From an uncultured Chloroflexia bacterium (GTDB lineage Bacteria; Chloroflexota; Chloroflexia; Thermomicrobiales; UBA6265), in NCBI GenBank assembly GCA_963724295.1, contig CAVRUC010000004.1:192001-256000 (forward strand): 64,000 nt of DNA, read 5' to 3'. Made by a program: the position numbers and the translations under genes. The stretch's first letter is position 1. Each line of letters opens with the position of its first letter. The notes beneath the pieces were generated by a model, which had not been told where the DNA came from, did not search any database, and saw nothing but the letters and a program-made list of their open reading frames with translations. Shown in pieces: positions 60,896-64,000 of the stretch.

Positions 60896-61825
60896 TCAGG
60901 CGGCCGAGAGCGTATCGATCACGTGCCGCAGCGCCGCGGTGTGCTCGGGATGCGTCCCGCAGCAACCGCCGACCACCCGCGCTCCGAGGGCGATCCAATC
61001 CGCCGCGTGCTCCGCGTACCGCTCGCCGGTGATGCCCCCATCCGGGCTCCAACCGCGCCCGTCATCGACGTGGCCGACGTTGGCGTACGCCCCGATAGGG
61101 AGGGTGGTCAGGTCGCGCAGCTCCCGCAGCGCCGCGGTGATGACCGGCGGGGCGGCGCAGTTGACGAGGATCGCCGCCGGTGCCAGCGAACTCACTCGAG
61201 CTACGGCATCGTCGAGGGTTTCGCCGCTGAGCAGGCGAACCGGCTCACCTCGGCCGGGCCTGGCGCAGACGAACCCGACAGTTGCCGGGCAGCCAGTCTC
61301 GACGGCAGCTCGTAGCGCAATCTCTGCCTCCGTCGCCGTCGGCATCGTCTCGACCATGATCAGGTCAACCCCGGCCGCGGCGAGGTTGTCCGCCTGAGCC
61401 CGGTGCTCGGCGCGGGCGACCTCCGGTGGGGTCTCGAAGGTAGGCAGGTAGCAATCCTCCAGCGGCGCGATCGACCCGGCAATCCACGCTTCAGGACGCC
61501 CCGCTTCCGACTGCGCCTCGACCGCCAGGCGCACCGCTAGCGTATCCAGCTCCGTGGCGCGAGCGGGATCGATTCCGGCTTTGCGCAATGTGTGCGCGGT
61601 GGAGCGAAAGGTGTCGGTCGTGATGATATCGGCGCCGGCAAGGAGATTTTCGAGGTGGATCTGGCGCACCAGATCGGGTCGCTCCAGGAGACCGACCGCC
61701 GACCACAATGGGAGTGTTGTCGGCAAGCCGCGCCGGTCGAGGTCGCTCCCCATCGCGGCATCGAGCACGAGCGGCGTTCCTGAGCTCAACCGCTCCCGAA
61801 TAGTGGACCGCGATCCTTCGCTCAC
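60896..61825 (-). CDS. Homocysteine S-methyltransferase family protein
   Basis: VLDAAMG, AGADIITT, VNC, GAYAN, VGGCCGT zinc ligands. Confidence 0.92.
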   Translation of the reverse strand: MSEGSRSTIRERLSSGTPLVLDAAMGSDLDRRGLPTTLPLWSAVGLLERPDLVRQIHLENLLAGADIITTDTFRSTAHTLRKAGIDPARATELDTLAVRLAVEAQSEAGRPEAWIAGSIAPLEDCYLPTFETPPEVARAEHRAQADNLAAAGVDLIMVETMPTATEAEIALRAAVETGCPATVGFVCARPGRGEPVRLLSGETLDDAVARVSSLAPAAILVNCAAPPVITAALRELRDLTTLPIGAYANVGHVDDGRGWSPDGGITGERYAEHAADWIALGARVVGGCCGTHPEHTAALRHVIDTLSAA

Positions 61826-62205
61826 GCCGGAACGCCGGCTCCCGCCATCCCTGTCATGTAGGCGATCACCGACAGGACCGCGGCTGCCAGCGCCCAGATC
61901 AGCAATGCCAGACCGCGCGTCTGCGCAGAGAGCCGCCGCGCGGATGAATGCTGCAATGCGACTGGAATCAGTACCAGCAGGGCGATCACCACGTGCGAAG
62001 GTGAGTTGCTAAAGCCGCTGGCAAGAAGTACCACGCCGACCAGGTACTGCAGTGCCAGGAGCCCGGCGGCGACGAAGGACGCCTGGCGAATCCATGGCAT
62101 ATCGCGTCCGGCCGCCGCGATCGCGGCCACGATCGCCATCACGATGAATGCGACGACGACCAGACCGCCCAGGATCTCATGGATACCGGATAGTCCCCCC
62201 TCCAC
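61822..62205 (-). CDS. Hypothetical 4-TM membrane protein
   Basis: Four hydrophobic segments, three His residues; 4-nt overlap with the downstream gene. Confidence 0.75.
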   Translation of the reverse strand: MEGGLSGIHEILGGLVVVAFIVMAIVAAIAAAGRDMPWIRQASFVAAGLLALQYLVGVVLLASGFSNSPSHVVIALLVLIPVALQHSSARRLSAQTRGLALLIWALAAAVLSVIAYMTGMAGAGVPA

Positions 62206-62226
62206 CGCCTCGCCCCCGTTCTCTGT

Positions 62227-63438
62227 CTACCCGCGGCGCGCCGCCCGCGCCCCCAGAATCATGGCCGCCAGCAGCCCGGCCGCGCCGCCGGCGGCGATCG
62301 CGGTCGGCTTCGGCTCCGGTCCCGGGAGCACCACTCGCCCGTCGCCGTAGCTCTCGAACAGCCGTCCCCATTTCGTCTGCAGCGCGTCCTTGACCCGCTT
62401 CCGCCCGACAACGGGGTACCAGTAGACATTGTGATAGAAGTTGGAGGCGAAATAGCTCCAGCCCGCCAGCGGCGATTGCAGGAGCTGCTTCTCGTAGCGC
62501 TTCAGCGGTCCGTGGTAGATCAAGTGCTGGCCCTTCGAAGCGAACGTGTCTTCCTTGACGAACTTCCAGTCCTCGAGCGAGACGTCGTAACCGACGATCT
62601 CGATGTCCTTCGGTTCGCCGACTCCCAGCCCCTTCTCGTGCGCGATGCGGATGAACGGCAGGTCCATCGGCTGGAAACCCTGCATCTTCGCCGAGATGGC
62701 ATCGATGGCGACCTGATCGGCGCTGGCAAGCAGAATATCTTTCTCGTGCGGACGCATGGCTCGTGGTCCTGCGCCGTCACCGGCAAAGGTGCCGTCCATC
62801 ACGGCGAAGAGCCCGGAGTGGATATCCTGCTGGATCTGCAAGAGGTCGACCAGCGTCTCGTCGATCACGGCATGGGTGTGATGGCGACGATCGTTGAGCA
62901 GCCCCCCGAAGGCGTTCTTCATGGCCCCCGTGATCGTGGTGAAGACGTGCGTCTTGACCGTCGGCAACTGAATGATATTGCGGTCGTAGAACAGCTTGGG
63001 CACCTTCACCCCCTCGGGGAAGATGCGATCGAGCACCAGGAACGGCTTGGTCGGGGTGTAGGTGACCCACTCGACGTGCGGCTCATAGAGATGGACGTTT
63101 GCCACGCCGTAGCGATCGACGACGTACTTGTGCTTGTTGTTGCGCTCGCCAACCCGGGCGTCGACGACGACCGTGCCGTTATTCGCCGCGATCAGATTGT
63201 GGTAGCCGTCGTCTTGCAGGGTGCGAATAACCCCCTCCAGCTGCCACGGGGTCGTCGAGCAGGCGGGATACCACGTCTGCCACGAGATGTTGATCTTCAG
63301 GATCGTGTCGCGATCGCGAGGCAGCGCATCCTGGTACCCGGCGAGGTGCATCACCTCACCGACGTCAGTGAGGACCGTCTCTGGCCGCGTCTTGAGCGCC
63401 GCGACCTTGCCGCGACCGGGGAACTGTTCGGGAATCAT
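62227..63438 (-). CDS. DUF362 domain protein with C-terminal TM tail
   Basis: LKINISW, LPTVKTH, TGAMKNAFG, VMDG, DQVAIDA; hydrophobic C-terminus followed by RR. Confidence 0.85.
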   Translation of the reverse strand: MIPEQFPGRGKVAALKTRPETVLTDVGEVMHLAGYQDALPRDRDTILKINISWQTWYPACSTTPWQLEGVIRTLQDDGYHNLIAANNGTVVVDARVGERNNKHKYVVDRYGVANVHLYEPHVEWVTYTPTKPFLVLDRIFPEGVKVPKLFYDRNIIQLPTVKTHVFTTITGAMKNAFGGLLNDRRHHTHAVIDETLVDLLQIQQDIHSGLFAVMDGTFAGDGAGPRAMRPHEKDILLASADQVAIDAISAKMQGFQPMDLPFIRIAHEKGLGVGEPKDIEIVGYDVSLEDWKFVKEDTFASKGQHLIYHGPLKRYEKQLLQSPLAGWSYFASNFYHNVYWYPVVGRKRVKDALQTKWGRLFESYGDGRVVLPGPEPKPTAIAAGGAAGLLAAMILGARAARRG

Positions 63439-63571
63439 GGGTGACAACTGACCTTTCGGCGGGAGCACGGGAGATCGAGGATCTTAAAATATGCCGGCCC
63501 GTACCGTGGCCCGGCCAGTCCGATGCTACGCCGCCCGCGGGAGGGGGGTCAAGCTGGTGAGCCTTCGCTGG

Positions 63572-63708
63572 CCCTCGCCCTCAACCCTTCTCAAGAGTCC
63601 CTCACCCCAACCCCTCTCCCAGTGCGCTGGGCGAGGGGCTCGCTGCTGTGCCGCTCTGCTTTCCGCCCTTCTCCCCGCTCCGAGGGGAGAAGGGTTGGGG
63701 ATGAGGGG
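63572..63708. repeat. Palindromic intergenic element, family A, copy 3
   Basis: CCCTCACCCCAACCCCTCTCCC arm plus a 35-nt stretch (63666-63700) identical to 1302-1336. Confidence 0.9.
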
Positions 63709-63790
63709 TGGGCGTACAGCCGCTGCTAGACTCGCGAACCAACAGTCTGCCAGTGCGGACTGCAGCACGCGGATGGAATGGGATCAACCG

Positions 63791-64000
63791 GTGACCCCTG
63801 ACGATGCCTGGCGTAGCCAGATGTGGGAGGAGATCGGTCGTGGGCTGGCCGCCCACGCCGTCATGCTGCGCGACTCCGAGATCGTCGACGACTCCATCGC
63901 GGCGTCACTCCTGACCGCGATCGATGGGGCTCGTCGTGGCCTCCCGCCGGACGTTCCCGGCTCCCTGGCGCTGGTCGCCGCGTTCGACGATCGCGTCGAC
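63791..64000 (+). CDS. Partial ORF, possibly a divergent argininosuccinate lyase-family N-terminus
   Basis: Open to the window end; AAHAVMLRDSEIVDDSIAASLLTAI resembles the AHxxML...I...A..I...L helix of the lyase superfamily. Confidence 0.55.
   Translation, partial: MTPDDAWRSQMWEEIGRGLAAHAVMLRDSEIVDDSIAASLLTAIDGARRGLPPDVPGSLALVAAFDDRVD

Overview
GC-rich bacterial chromosomal segment. The gene content and protein style (for example 'AQDSTPA'/'ATPAA' motifs in substrate-binding proteins and an XRE-STAND regulator) suggest Chloroflexota, Thermomicrobiales-like; this is inference. It carries: an acyl-CoA dehydrogenase and a ribose-type sugar ABC transporter; a complete Pho locus (phoR divergent from phoP-pstSCAB-phoU); small accessory genes; an internally deleted S9 peptidase; a PAS/GAF kinase; a carbohydrate ABC plus GH42 beta-galactosidase cluster; a secreted three-repeat protein divergent from an XRE-STAND-TPR regulator; LarA-like, zinc peptidase, citrate synthase, M23, trpB2 and FAD/Fe-S oxidoreductase genes; an OmpR-type two-component pair; greA-lysS; a DUF512 radical SAM gene; a membrane protein-fhaA-fhaB-vanW-GT2-APH operon; rpe, a PMI-like cupin, an FGGY kinase, a homocysteine methyltransferase, DUF362 and the start of an ArgH-like gene. 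About 11 genes or gene segments carry 1-2 nt frameshifts, probably long-read consensus errors. I saw no tRNA, rRNA, CRISPR array or transposase. Best novelty candidates: (1) a secreted protein with three selectively conserved SWDE(T/S)SGYGSVE cores, opposite an NLR-like XRE-NTPase-TPR regulator across a six-copy operator-like repeat; (2) three distinct families of small palindromic intergenic elements; (3) a second Pho-box-like site in front of a small three-helix-bundle protein. All product names come from motif recognition by eye, not database searches.
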